Both the position numbers and the translations under genes were made by a program. Source: a virus. Taken from it: DNA of 64,000 nucleotides. The stretch lies in the IMG/VR virus record IMGVR_UViG_3300003690_000090, positions 1 to 64,000 of that record; one strand, 5' to 3'. Positions 52,533 through 62,404 of this stretch are shown here, in pieces. The notes below the pieces were generated by a model. The model searched no databases, was not told the origin of the DNA, and saw only the letters and a program-made list of their open reading frames with translations. Each line of letters begins with the position of its first letter. Within the stretch, counting starts at the first letter, position 1.

Positions 52533-52707
52533 CGCTGAATGTTCGGTATGCTTCGGCAAATCGGTTGGTCAATCGGACCATATAGCCGTCCGGGTCTTTC
52601 TCGAAGCTATCCCCGCCAGCCTTGCTGTCTGCCAGCACTTTTTCGTAGATTTCGCCCGCCGGAAGGTAGTCAACTCCAGCCTTTGGCTTGTCCTTGGTGT
52701 TAGCCAT
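52468..52707 (-). CDS. Possible small antisense-oriented protein
   Basis: MANTKDKPK...; fills an intergenic gap but overlaps the convergent gene end. Confidence 0.35.
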   Translation of the reverse strand: MANTKDKPKAGVDYLPAGEIYEKVLADSKAGGDSFEKDPDGYMVRLTNRFAEAYRTFSASPRPDTEDTPDGENQDPNQD

Positions 52708-52736
52708 GGTAAATATGGTAACAAACGGAGACGCCA

Positions 52737-53240
52737 ATGGACACCACGAAAAAAGGCGATCGGCCATCTGAAGTTGTGCAATGGATCGATCCAGAAGCCT
52801 ACAACTTCGAACCCACGGACCGGCAAAAGGCATTTCGCAGGCATGTTAGGCACTGCGTAACCAACGGAATCTTTCTCAAGAGCCGCTGGTACACCGAGTG
52901 CCTGAAATCAAACGCCGACAAGCTGAAGAAGCACCCAGTTGGCTCGAGTGATTGGCGGCAGTGGGTCAAAAAGGCTGGATTTCTGGCCTGGTTCTACGAA
53001 GAGTTCCCAGAGGTTGACCCCATTTCGGACGAAGAGCTCCGGATGATGGACAACAAGTGGTGGGATGGCGTACTGCAGGCCATGCACGAAGGAGAAGAGT
53101 GGGCGTACAAGATTTTCGCTCGCGTGCGCTTCCACAATGCCGAGATTGTACAAGCCAAAGAAGAAACCAAAGAACTCAAAGACTACCTCGGGCGCGACAG
53201 TGCGGGCGGGGCATGGCGGCTTCCATCTGCTGAGGCCTAA
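52737..53240 (+). CDS. Probable terminase small subunit
   Basis: Size and TAATG coupling directly upstream of the large subunit; positional inference. Confidence 0.55.
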   Translation: MDTTKKGDRPSEVVQWIDPEAYNFEPTDRQKAFRRHVRHCVTNGIFLKSRWYTECLKSNADKLKKHPVGSSDWRQWVKKAGFLAWFYEEFPEVDPISDEELRMMDNKWWDGVLQAMHEGEEWAYKIFARVRFHNAEIVQAKEETKELKDYLGRDSAGGAWRLPSAEA

Positions 53241-54802
53241 TGCACCCCGATCTGGACAGGCGCATCCAAGCGCTGGCTGATGACCCACGGGAATTCATCG
53301 CCAGGCTGAAGCTCGTGGACGAAAAAGGCCAGGAGAGAAGGTTTGATACGCCATTTCCAGAGCAAGTGCTTGCATTGGACGATTTTATGTCCGATGCCAA
53401 GACGATCATCCACTACAAGCCCAGGCAGATCGGCGATACCACCGTTTCATGCGCCTACAACTACGACTACACCTACTGGGCCACGGATCCAGTGCGAACA
53501 TTGGTGGTTGCGCACACCTATGACACGACTGATGCCATTTTCGACAAGTTCAAGCACTTCCACCGGTCATTGCCGCATGCCATGCAGCGCGACACGGACA
53601 GATCCAACCGAAAGGAGTTGATCTTCTCGGATACGCAGGCGGGGTTCCGATGCCTGACTGCCGGTGGTCGCGGCCAGGGTAGAGCATGGACCTACCAGCG
53701 ACTACACGCCGACGAGCTCGCGTTCTGGCCGAATGCTCATGAAGTCTGGGCATCAATCACGTCGACCATGCACGAGGGACCGCACCTCAAGAGCATCATC
53801 CTATCGACGGCGAATGGACCAGGAAATCTCTTTCATGAGAAGGTACTTGCGGCGATTGAGGCGCAGCGGCAGGGCGACACTAGCATTCAGTTTCGATTTT
53901 TCCGATGGTGCGATCATTCGTCCTATGCAAGAGAGCCCGCACCTGGTTGGGAGCCGGATCAGGAAGAATATGATCTTGCCCAAACCCACGGGCTAACTCT
54001 CAATCAGTTGTACTGGCGGCATCACAAGATCCACGGTGTAGATGGAATTGGCATTACCAATTTCCGCCGTGAGTATCCCCTTACAGTTGAAGACGGGTTC
54101 GCCCATTTTGATGGCTCTTGGTTCGATTCTGACTACCTGAACGAGGTTCTTTCAAGCATACGACCAAGAGAGGGCGAACTTCGAATATACGAGCGGCCAG
54201 AGCCCGGCATGACCTATTCAATGGGTGTTGACCCATCTTGGTGTAACGGTGGGGACTATGCGGTGGCCCAAGTGCTTTCTCATGACGGAAGGCAGGTCGC
54301 TACGTTGTCTATGAACATGGGCGGTGAGATTCTCTTTGCCACCAAAGCAGCCGAGCTGGCCATGCATTTCAACAAGGCCAGAACGCTTATCGAGTCCAAC
54401 CCCGGCGGGGCAGGCACTGTCGTCCTGCGGGAATTCATCAAGGCAGGCATTCCGCTATGGACGAAACCAGCACCGCCTGGTCGTGTAGCCTACAAGACCC
54501 CAAAGTATTGGACGACTACTCGAGGAGCGAAGGAAGAGGGGTATGCGCATTTGCGCCAAATGGTAAATAGTGACGCAATGACCCTGAATGATTCTTCCAC
54601 CGTTCAGGAACTGATGCACATCCGCGAGGTTATCGGTAAAATCGAGGGCCAAGATGGCTACCATGATGATCATGCGGATGCGATTATGCTAGCCGAGTGG
54701 AACCGCAGAACACTGCCGCAGGCTAAGATACTTCCGCTTGGTGGCCGGCGTCGTTATGTTGCCCACCGAAACCCGTTTGCTTCTGCCAATAGGCCGCACT
54801 GA
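53240..54802 (+). CDS. terL: Terminase large subunit
   Basis: KPRQIGDTT (Walker A variant), LHADELAFW, STANG, FRREYP, GVDPS, HDDHADA. Confidence 0.92.
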   Translation: MHPDLDRRIQALADDPREFIARLKLVDEKGQERRFDTPFPEQVLALDDFMSDAKTIIHYKPRQIGDTTVSCAYNYDYTYWATDPVRTLVVAHTYDTTDAIFDKFKHFHRSLPHAMQRDTDRSNRKELIFSDTQAGFRCLTAGGRGQGRAWTYQRLHADELAFWPNAHEVWASITSTMHEGPHLKSIILSTANGPGNLFHEKVLAAIEAQRQGDTSIQFRFFRWCDHSSYAREPAPGWEPDQEEYDLAQTHGLTLNQLYWRHHKIHGVDGIGITNFRREYPLTVEDGFAHFDGSWFDSDYLNEVLSSIRPREGELRIYERPEPGMTYSMGVDPSWCNGGDYAVAQVLSHDGRQVATLSMNMGGEILFATKAAELAMHFNKARTLIESNPGGAGTVVLREFIKAGIPLWTKPAPPGRVAYKTPKYWTTTRGAKEEGYAHLRQMVNSDAMTLNDSSTVQELMHIREVIGKIEGQDGYHDDHADAIMLAEWNRRTLPQAKILPLGGRRRYVAHRNPFASANRPH

Positions 54803-57060
54803 TGCCCGAATATCAGCTCAGCGATTTCGACGATGATGCGCTCTCGCCGCTACTGGTGATGGAACAGCTCAAGGCGCACGACAAGCGCATGCGCCATGGA
54901 AGGCCCCAGTGGGCGCTCGCAAAAGCCGCCTACATGACTCGCTACTGGGAGCATATTCGCGGCGACAAGAAGACGGACGACAAGAACCAGCCCACAGGTG
55001 TTGATGTAGAGGTGAACAGGTTGTGGGGTGTATTGAGTTCCTATCTCGGAGCTCTATACCCACGAGCAAACCGAGCCGTCTTTGGTGCGGATCCGGATGG
55101 TACCGGCGAGCCAGACAAAGCAGAGTTGGCGACGAACAGACTTTTGAGTTCCGCAAGAATCCACAGTCGAATCATGTCTGGATTGCGCCAGGCGCTTCTG
55201 TATCCAGGTTGCGGAGGGAAAGTTGGGTACCACCCTGGGCATGGTTCTGCGCTCGACAGAGTATGGATTCGCGTCATCCCATGGTGGGAGATGGTGCTTG
55301 ATTCCGACGTGACTGACGCGGCAGATGAGAGATTCCGCTGCCACGCCTATTACCAACCCAAGAAGGAAGTAGAAAAGGAATACGACCTTGAGGACCTGGT
55401 GGGGACCTCGAGGCAGGACTTTCTTGATTCTTCCGGCCTGTCAGAATCTAGCAACCAAACCCGTAGTTTTCGAAAAAACCAGCGGAAAGCCCCAAGCGAT
55501 GAGGGTGCCTTCGTGCGCGTGCTTGAGGTGTGCAATCTGAAAGACACCATCAAGGACGATCACGATGATTCCATCACCTACCAAGGTCGTCTAGAGATTT
55601 ACGTCCTCGGCCAGGGAGAGATGTCCAAGGTTCCGATATGGATGGGTCCGCTGCCCTTTGCGTCTCCAGACGGAACGCCACTTCCACATATTGTTCCTTT
55701 GGTATTCAACCATGAGCCTGAGTTTCCGCTGCGTGGAGTAGCGCACTCGACGCGCATCCTTCCGCAGATTCAGGAGTTGAACGCCTACCGATCGTTCATG
55801 GCGATGGCCACCCGCAAGGACACCAGGCAGTACGTCACGCGCAAGGGGACGTTCAACTCCGATGAGCTCACGGAACTGACAGAAGGTAGTGATGGCTTGA
55901 TTCTGCAGGTTTCTGAAGACTTCGAGCGCCCGCTGTCTGAGGCGGTGTACCCGATTCCTACCGCACCCATCTCTGCAAACATTGATCGGTATCTTAAGGA
56001 AGTAGAGCACGATTTGGATCGTGCGATTGGCACTTCCCCGTCAGCACGAGGCATTGTAACCAAGGCCACCGCATTCGAAGTGCAAACAGTTCAGCAGTAC
56101 ACAGAATCCGATTTTGGTATGCACGCCATGATCAAGGATGAATGGCTGGCAGATATTGTTCGCGTAGTGCTTCGTGCGCTTATTGCGGCCATGCAGGATT
56201 TTGGTGATTCAGCTGGCGCGTATGACGAGCAAGAAGTCGAGCTCGCGGAAGTGGGTGCCATCGCTGACGAAGATGGCTCGCCTGGCGAGGAAGACGTCGA
56301 GGAACAAGAAGAGGCGGCAGAGGAGGCAGAGGAGGAAGGTTCCGCAGCTCCTCATGTTGATGATGAAGAGATTGAAGATATTCGCCCCGAGGAAGACGAA
56401 GAGACTGATGATGTTCGCCCTGAAGAAGACGAAGAGACTGATCTTGCTGTTGAGGCACAGGCCTTGGTGCTACGCGATCGCAACAACATGGTCGAGGTTT
56501 CGGTTGAGGATCTGGACGCCAACTTCGAGATTAGCTTTGTCGAGGGTGGCCGAACGCCGCTAAACGATACGGCCATGCAGCAGAACCTGATCGGCCTTCT
56601 CGAGCCGTACATGGCGCTGTGGGATCAAGCCCAGAAGGGCGGACCCATGGGGATCTTTGCCAGAAACTACATGAAGACGATTGCTGAAAGGTTCGATCTC
56701 CCCCGCGATTTGCATCCAGAAGAGATGGAAGCAGCCACTGATGAGGAGAAGGAAACACAGGAAGAAATGTCCCCCGAGGACGCAGAAATGGCCGAGGCCG
56801 CGCAACCGCAACAGGGCGGTAGCCTCGATGCGCTATTGCAGTTGCCACCCGAACAAGCCATTGCCCAGTTGAGGCAAGTCTTTGCGGACGATCCAAAGGT
56901 CCAGCAGATGCTTGACCAGATTGAACAACTGCCCCCCGAGCAGCAAGCAGAGGTTATCGCACAGTTGGTGAGCGGTGGTGCAGAGCAACAACCCGCAGGG
57001 CAGCCGCCTGCCGAGCAACCACCAACGCCGCCCCCTGGAGGCCCAGTTGGCCCTGTATAG
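54802..57060 (+). CDS. Portal protein
   Basis: TGATG-coupled to terL; size, KATAFEV motif and Gln/Pro-rich C-terminus as in podovirus-type portals. Confidence 0.78.
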   Translation: MPEYQLSDFDDDALSPLLVMEQLKAHDKRMRHGRPQWALAKAAYMTRYWEHIRGDKKTDDKNQPTGVDVEVNRLWGVLSSYLGALYPRANRAVFGADPDGTGEPDKAELATNRLLSSARIHSRIMSGLRQALLYPGCGGKVGYHPGHGSALDRVWIRVIPWWEMVLDSDVTDAADERFRCHAYYQPKKEVEKEYDLEDLVGTSRQDFLDSSGLSESSNQTRSFRKNQRKAPSDEGAFVRVLEVCNLKDTIKDDHDDSITYQGRLEIYVLGQGEMSKVPIWMGPLPFASPDGTPLPHIVPLVFNHEPEFPLRGVAHSTRILPQIQELNAYRSFMAMATRKDTRQYVTRKGTFNSDELTELTEGSDGLILQVSEDFERPLSEAVYPIPTAPISANIDRYLKEVEHDLDRAIGTSPSARGIVTKATAFEVQTVQQYTESDFGMHAMIKDEWLADIVRVVLRALIAAMQDFGDSAGAYDEQEVELAEVGAIADEDGSPGEEDVEEQEEAAEEAEEEGSAAPHVDDEEIEDIRPEEDEETDDVRPEEDEETDLAVEAQALVLRDRNNMVEVSVEDLDANFEISFVEGGRTPLNDTAMQQNLIGLLEPYMALWDQAQKGGPMGIFARNYMKTIAERFDLPRDLHPEEMEAATDEEKETQEEMSPEDAEMAEAAQPQQGGSLDALLQLPPEQAIAQLRQVFADDPKVQQMLDQIEQLPPEQQAEVIAQLVSGGAEQQPAGQPPAEQPPTPPPGGPVGPV
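56377..56442 (+). repeat. 33-bp tandem duplication in portal acidic loop
   Basis: D(I/V)RPEEDEETD x2. Confidence 0.9.
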
Positions 57061-57628
57061 TTTCTTTTGCCCCGCGAACCACGAGACGGAGCACATCTCG
57101 TCTCAAGAAAATCGACCCGCATCAATTGTTTGTCGGGAGTGTGGAGATGCGGCCAGGTATCGCTTGACGGTGGCCAAGAACAATGGCTGGGCGAATCGTT
57201 CTACTGACGTTTCGAACTACAGGGGTCTCGCGTTGCATGATTTTCGATGCAGAGATTGTGGAGAGGTTTTCGAGGAAATCATTGATTTTTCCGAGGGCGA
57301 ATCCGTGCATGACGGGCAAGAGTGCCCGAAGTGCCCGGGTCATTCCACTTGGGTGCCGTCGGTTCAAATCGATCGTTGGGGTGAGCAGTTTCCCTACTAC
57401 GACCGTGGATTGGGGGTCATGCTCAAAAACAAGGCGCACAGGCGTCAAATCTGCAAGGAGCGCGGCCTTACTCCAGTAGAGGGCGATTATGACGTTGAGC
57501 GCGAGTACTCAAAGTGGGATACTCGTGTTGCAGAAGAAACTGCAGAATACGAAGACTATTGCGATAAACTCGATAACCACCCTGGGTTCAAAGAGCTGAG
57601 AAAAGCTCAAGATCAGGGACGCCTCTAG
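57047..57628 (+). CDS. Double zinc-ribbon (FmdB-like) protein
   Basis: GGAGG RBS before TTG; YSFFC...CREC and DFRCRDCGEVFE...CPKC. Confidence 0.72.
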   Translation: MALYSFFCPANHETEHISSQENRPASIVCRECGDAARYRLTVAKNNGWANRSTDVSNYRGLALHDFRCRDCGEVFEEIIDFSEGESVHDGQECPKCPGHSTWVPSVQIDRWGEQFPYYDRGLGVMLKNKAHRRQICKERGLTPVEGDYDVEREYSKWDTRVAEETAEYEDYCDKLDNHPGFKELRKAQDQGRL

Positions 57629-57639
57629 GGAGACACCAA

Positions 57640-58275
57640 ATGCCTATCGATCCCGCCACCGGACAACAACTGCCTTACGCTGGTGACCCCGGAGCCCCTG
57701 CCGGCGCACCCCCGATGCCGCCTGGTGGACCAGGTGCTGCGCCTGGTGGACCCGAGCCGACTCCAGAAGAGCTCGCCGAGCTTGAGGCCGGCAACGCTGA
57801 AATGCGTGGGGACGTGATGGCTGCAGCCGCGCCGCAGCCGGAGAAGCCCTACAGCACCAAGGCAATCGATACCTTGATTGGTGATTTCAACGACACCTTG
57901 GAGGCCTTGGCGGGCTCCGAGTTGCCTGATGTTGAGTGGGCACCCCCGGAGGGAGGCGGCGCAAAGTGGCCGAACCCGCTGCCCCAAGAGATTTTTGTGC
58001 CGCTGGTAGCGCTCACAGAAGCCCTGAAGATCGTCGGCGACGGTTCATTCTATGAGAAGCATGGCTTTGAACCCATGGAACTCACGAGTGACGCCGAACT
58101 TCGGAAGGCATCCGCAAATATGCGGAAAATGGCCAAGGACAAGGACTTGGCAGAGGCCATGCAAGCACCTATGGGGGCGGCTGGCCCGGGAGCACCTCCC
58201 GAGGGTGAAGAAATGCCGCCACCTCCTGGTGGATTTGAAGAAGAAGATGAGCTCTTGGCGCAGAACTTGACATAA
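57640..58275 (+). CDS. Pro/Gly-rich head-module protein
   Basis: GGAG RBS; context. Confidence 0.65.
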   Translation: MPIDPATGQQLPYAGDPGAPAGAPPMPPGGPGAAPGGPEPTPEELAELEAGNAEMRGDVMAAAAPQPEKPYSTKAIDTLIGDFNDTLEALAGSELPDVEWAPPEGGGAKWPNPLPQEIFVPLVALTEALKIVGDGSFYEKHGFEPMELTSDAELRKASANMRKMAKDKDLAEAMQAPMGAAGPGAPPEGEEMPPPPGGFEEEDELLAQNLT

Positions 58276-58331
58276 GTTGCGCCGACTATAATGGGGGTGG
58301 TAGAGTCGTCCCCAATACGACTAGGTGATTT

Positions 58332-59357
58332 GTGGAAGACACGCAGATTGAAAATGCAGAACAACCTGTAGAGCCTACTGAATCTGTTGCTACTACAGGC
58401 GACGACCAGGCCCTTTCATCTTCTGAAACAAACGAGCCTGTTGCTGCACCTGAATATACGGACGACCAGGCCGATGCGGAAATCAACCGCATGTACGGGA
58501 CTGCGCAAGTAGACGAGTCGCCAGAAGAGCAGCAATCCGCGCCACCTATTGATGAGGGCGCCAAGCATGTTTTCAATGCGCTCGACAGTGAGCTCGGTCA
58601 AATCGAAGAGCTGGAGCATGATGGTTTCTACGGTGACATCACCGAGGACCACATCAAGGAGCTCCCGACTGTAGCCCGCCGCATTCTCCACAACTTCCGC
58701 ATCGATCGGAAGAAGCAGGAGCAGCGACACCTTCGGGAAATGTCGTCCATTCGGAGCGAAACCGAAGACCGGGAGCAGGGCCTGGCCAAGGCAGAGCGAG
58801 AGTTTTCTCGTCGTCAATCCGAGTTCGCTGCGCTGATCGATGACCCAAAGGTCCAATCGATTCTCAACCAGCCCGACACTGAAATGCCCGATGTCTTCAC
58901 AGAAGAAGGCATTAATGCTCGCATTCAGCGTGGAATCGCGCAGGGCTTGAACACCATCTTGTCTCCGATGAAGGATGCAGCGGATCAAAAGGGACGCGAG
59001 AGCGCCTATCTTGATTTTGTCAGCGGCCACCCGGAAATGCGCAAGCCGTCTTTCAAGAAGGCTGTTGTCGGGCTCGTTCGCAATCGAGCCCAGGCTGGCA
59101 ATCCTGTTTCAACGCAAGACGCCTATCAGCTGGTGAAAGCCCAGCAGATGATTGCCGACCAGCAGGCTCGATCTGCGCGTGAAACGAGAGCAAGGCAGCA
59201 ATCCGCCAAGCGCATTGGAAGAAATGTCGCCAGCGGCACGCCAGATTCTGCTACCATTCCGCCTGATGTCCAAAAGCGAGGAGCTTATGCTATCGCCCAG
59301 TGGCTTCAAGCAAACCCAGAAGCCGCAAAGACGATAGATAGACAGATTCGGTCCTGA
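58332..59357 (+). CDS. Probable capsid scaffolding protein
   Basis: Acidic N-terminus, coiled coil, directly upstream of capsid; TATAAT at 58287. Confidence 0.65.
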   Translation: MEDTQIENAEQPVEPTESVATTGDDQALSSSETNEPVAAPEYTDDQADAEINRMYGTAQVDESPEEQQSAPPIDEGAKHVFNALDSELGQIEELEHDGFYGDITEDHIKELPTVARRILHNFRIDRKKQEQRHLREMSSIRSETEDREQGLAKAEREFSRRQSEFAALIDDPKVQSILNQPDTEMPDVFTEEGINARIQRGIAQGLNTILSPMKDAADQKGRESAYLDFVSGHPEMRKPSFKKAVVGLVRNRAQAGNPVSTQDAYQLVKAQQMIADQQARSARETRARQQSAKRIGRNVASGTPDSATIPPDVQKRGAYAIAQWLQANPEAAKTIDRQIRS

Positions 59358-59391
59358 CACCACCTTTTCCCTCCCCCGGAGACGCTAGACC

Positions 59392-60441
59392 ATGGCCACT
59401 ACCACCCTAACCATTGGAAATGAACTTCTTTCTACCACGATGCATATCGTGGCGAAGGAGTGGCGCGATACCCTGCATGAGTCTGTGGCGTTTCTTGACG
59501 CATCTGCTCGTGTCCACGGCGAGGGCAACCCGACCCAAGCTGGTGGTACCCGTATCGTAGTGCCCATCGGAACTGGCGAGCACTCCTCGACCACCCGCAT
59601 GCAGACCGGTTTTGAGCGAATCAACCTGTCTGTGTCCGATGTGTTCCAGCCGGCCGTGTACTCGTGGGGACACGTTGTGCGGCCTGTGGCCATCTCGGCA
59701 GAAGAAGAGATGATCAACCAGGGCGATGCCGCTGTGTTGTCCATCCTCGAGTCTCGCGTCAAGATGACCGCGAATGCCCTTAAGCGTGACTTTGTGCAGC
59801 AAATCGTTCAGGGCTCCGTCGTCGGTTGGGAAGACTGGTCGACCCTCAATGGCGTTGATGGCAACTTTGGTGCCGCCAACACCGGCTTCCTCGAGGAACT
59901 GGCCACCACAGCTCAAACCAACACGGTTGGAGGCATCGCCAAAATCACTACCGGCACCGGTTGGGTGAACCAGCGTTTCGACGGTGGTGCATCTTTCAAC
60001 GCCAATGGCCTGGCGGGACTCTACGACCTCATGGTCGAGATCAACGCGGTCAGCCCCTCCGGACCCCCCAACGTGATTCTTGCCTCCAGAAGTGGATTCA
60101 AGAACCTCAAGCGTTCGCTGTCGGCCCAGGAGCGCTACGTCGATCAGAGCTCGCTCGACGGTGGCCGGATGGTCCAGTTGTGGGACGGCATTCAGATTGA
60201 TGTCGAATACAACATGCCTGTTGCTGGTACGAACACCACAGCAGATCCCATCAGCTTCTACTTCCTGAACCTGGACGACATTCACGTTCTGTGGGATCCG
60301 GCGGGCTACTTTGACCTGTCCGATTTCGAGACCGTGTCTGGTGAGTACGATGTTCGCGCCGCCAAGTTGCGCGTGCGTGGTCAGCTGCTTGCCAAGCACC
60401 TTGGTTCCAGCGGAATCGCTTTCGACCTCGAAACCTTCTAG
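59392..60441 (+). CDS. Major capsid protein
   Basis: 349 aa; GGTRIVVP, ISAEEEMINQG..AV..ILE pattern; strong codon bias; position after scaffold. Confidence 0.82.
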   Translation: MATTTLTIGNELLSTTMHIVAKEWRDTLHESVAFLDASARVHGEGNPTQAGGTRIVVPIGTGEHSSTTRMQTGFERINLSVSDVFQPAVYSWGHVVRPVAISAEEEMINQGDAAVLSILESRVKMTANALKRDFVQQIVQGSVVGWEDWSTLNGVDGNFGAANTGFLEELATTAQTNTVGGIAKITTGTGWVNQRFDGGASFNANGLAGLYDLMVEINAVSPSGPPNVILASRSGFKNLKRSLSAQERYVDQSSLDGGRMVQLWDGIQIDVEYNMPVAGTNTTADPISFYFLNLDDIHVLWDPAGYFDLSDFETVSGEYDVRAAKLRVRGQLLAKHLGSSGIAFDLETF

Positions 60442-60518
60442 GTCAACATTTGGGCTGGGGGCATTCCGTCCCCAGCCCTCCCAACAGCCCAATCAATCAA
60501 AAGAGGGAGGATTGAAAC

Positions 60519-60971
60519 ATGGCAGTTCATAAAATTGATGGTGGCCCTGGCGGCGAAAACGACCATTTTCCAAAGAAGTATGTGACCTTGTACGGCACGG
60601 GGGCAATCACCGCTGGTGACTGGGTTCATCTTGAAACCGGAACCGGAGTGACCGACTACGACCTGAACGGTGTTGGCGCGTCTGTGACGACAGCTGGCGC
60701 TGTCGCCAACGGAAACATGGCGGTCCTCGGTGTTGCAACCGAGACCACCACCGCCGCTGGATATCTCACCATCCAGATTGCGGGCAAATATGCCAGCGCA
60801 AATGTTGCAACCAGTGTGGCTGCTGGTGCTGGGCTCATTGTCGATGCCACCTCGGCTGGACGGGCGGTCCTGACGACAGCATCTGATGTCGGGAATGCTT
60901 GTGGCGTTTGCCTCGTTCTCGCCGCCAGCAACCAGGCCGATGTGATGATCATCAACCAGGGCTTCTTTTAG
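60519..60971 (+). CDS. Capsid cement/decoration protein
   Basis: AITAGDWV...GVATE...VAAGAGL pattern, Gly/Ala/Thr-rich, after MCP. Confidence 0.65.
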   Translation: MAVHKIDGGPGGENDHFPKKYVTLYGTGAITAGDWVHLETGTGVTDYDLNGVGASVTTAGAVANGNMAVLGVATETTTAAGYLTIQIAGKYASANVATSVAAGAGLIVDATSAGRAVLTTASDVGNACGVCLVLAASNQADVMIINQGFF

Positions 60972-61018
60972 GCCACCGCCTCGACACCACCCCGGAGACT
61001 CTCATCCTCTCCGGAATC

Positions 61019-61063
61019 ATCCGGCGGCTGGGGTACAATCACCCTGGTCGCCGGATTTCTTTT
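61019..61063 (+). terminator. Intrinsic terminator after head genes
   Basis: ATCCGGCGGCTGGGGT/ACCCTGGTCGCCGGAT stem then TTCTTTT. Confidence 0.7.
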
Positions 61064-61073
61064 AGGAGGCACT

Positions 61074-62402
61074 GTGAATTTCAAAGAGCTCAGGCAAGAA
61101 GTCAACAGTGCGCTGGACTACAACCCTGATCTCGCGGCCTACCGGGACCAGGTTTCACGCGTTGTGAATCGGCACTACATCCGCATTAGCGCCCAGTACC
61201 CCTGGCTGTTTCTCCAAAAGGCCGAGGACATGAACCTCAAGGCCAAGGTTGAGGGAAGCGCTGGCGTTACGGCCGCAGTGGCCGCTGGAAACAACCGCCT
61301 GGTGGTTGGAGTCAATACGACATTTGACGCCAGCTGGGAAGGACAGACCTTCATTATTGGTGGAGACGAGTACACCATCGGAAAGGTGACCACCACCACC
61401 GCCATGTACGTCACCCAAGAGATACCGACGACTACCGCTACCACATCATGGAGCGTAGAGTTCCGCCGATACGCATTGCCCACACAATGCTCCGAGATTC
61501 TTGGAATCATGAGCCGCGCTGATGATCGCGGGCGCCTGATGTTCATCGACCGCCGAAAGGAAGAAGAGCACTACCTTGATCGGGACACCACGGGCGATCC
61601 GATTCTGTTCATCGAAGATGATCACATGACGACCAGAGCTCCTATTGAGGCACCAAACCTAACGGTTGGTACAGCGAGCGTTTCCCCCACGACAGCATTG
61701 AAAAACAGCAACGAATACGAGTACTGCTATACCTTTGATTTTGAAGGAATCGAAAGCCCACCATCGCTTGTTGCGACCGCGACAACCAACTCAACTGGAA
61801 ACCCACAGATTACTGTCGATAGGCTGGAGGATACCCAGTGGTGGGACTCAGATACCGGTGCGGGATCGGGGGCGCTTGTATTGTCCGGAAAGTACAAGAA
61901 CCTGTACCGACGGGACAAGACGAATTCTGGTAGATGGGTTCGTATTGCTTCTTTGACTTCTGCACTCAAGGGATTCACCGACGACGAGATCCTTATCGGA
62001 AACAGTGGCGAAACCGGCAAGCTGGATGTCTACAATCACGATGACTACTTCACGCTCTATTCCCTCCAACCGGTTCAACACATCCGGGCCTGGTACACCG
62101 CCGGTACTGACATCGCTGTGGAGATTCGATACGCAGCAGCTGTGCAGAGAATGCAGGCGGACTTTGATGTTCCGGAATGGCCTACTCAATACCACCACTT
62201 GCTCGTCTACAAGTCTCTCGAGGACATCTGCATGCAACACGGGATGATCGGGCAGTCTCAGCTCTATGAGCGCCGATCTCGTGAAATGCTGAGAGCCATG
62301 AAGGACAAGTGGTTGGCTCGCCAGGCCAGGCAGTTCATCCGGCGCGGATTTGACGACAAACTCTTCCAGAGTGAGCGCTGGGGAACCCCTTCTAAGGCCT
62401 AA
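61074..62402 (+). CDS. Head-tail adaptor with inserted beta domains
   Basis: MNFKELRQEV...VN...PWLFL, YALP, P..PTQYHHLLVY adaptor motifs; AGGAGG RBS. Confidence 0.65.
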   Translation: MNFKELRQEVNSALDYNPDLAAYRDQVSRVVNRHYIRISAQYPWLFLQKAEDMNLKAKVEGSAGVTAAVAAGNNRLVVGVNTTFDASWEGQTFIIGGDEYTIGKVTTTTAMYVTQEIPTTTATTSWSVEFRRYALPTQCSEILGIMSRADDRGRLMFIDRRKEEEHYLDRDTTGDPILFIEDDHMTTRAPIEAPNLTVGTASVSPTTALKNSNEYEYCYTFDFEGIESPPSLVATATTNSTGNPQITVDRLEDTQWWDSDTGAGSGALVLSGKYKNLYRRDKTNSGRWVRIASLTSALKGFTDDEILIGNSGETGKLDVYNHDDYFTLYSLQPVQHIRAWYTAGTDIAVEIRYAAAVQRMQADFDVPEWPTQYHHLLVYKSLEDICMQHGMIGQSQLYERRSREMLRAMKDKWLARQARQFIRRGFDDKLFQSERWGTPSKA

Positions 62403-62404
62403 GA

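Noticed and set aside
58267-58292. Consensus TTGACA/TATAAT promoter
   Set aside because: Spacer is only 14 bp; the -10 may be real but the pair is not a canonical promoter.
59407-60492. 361-aa antisense ORF over the capsid gene (similarly 11791-12597, 30231-31247, 41407-42504)
   Set aside because: Shadow frames expected from GC-rich codon bias; no motifs or RBS.
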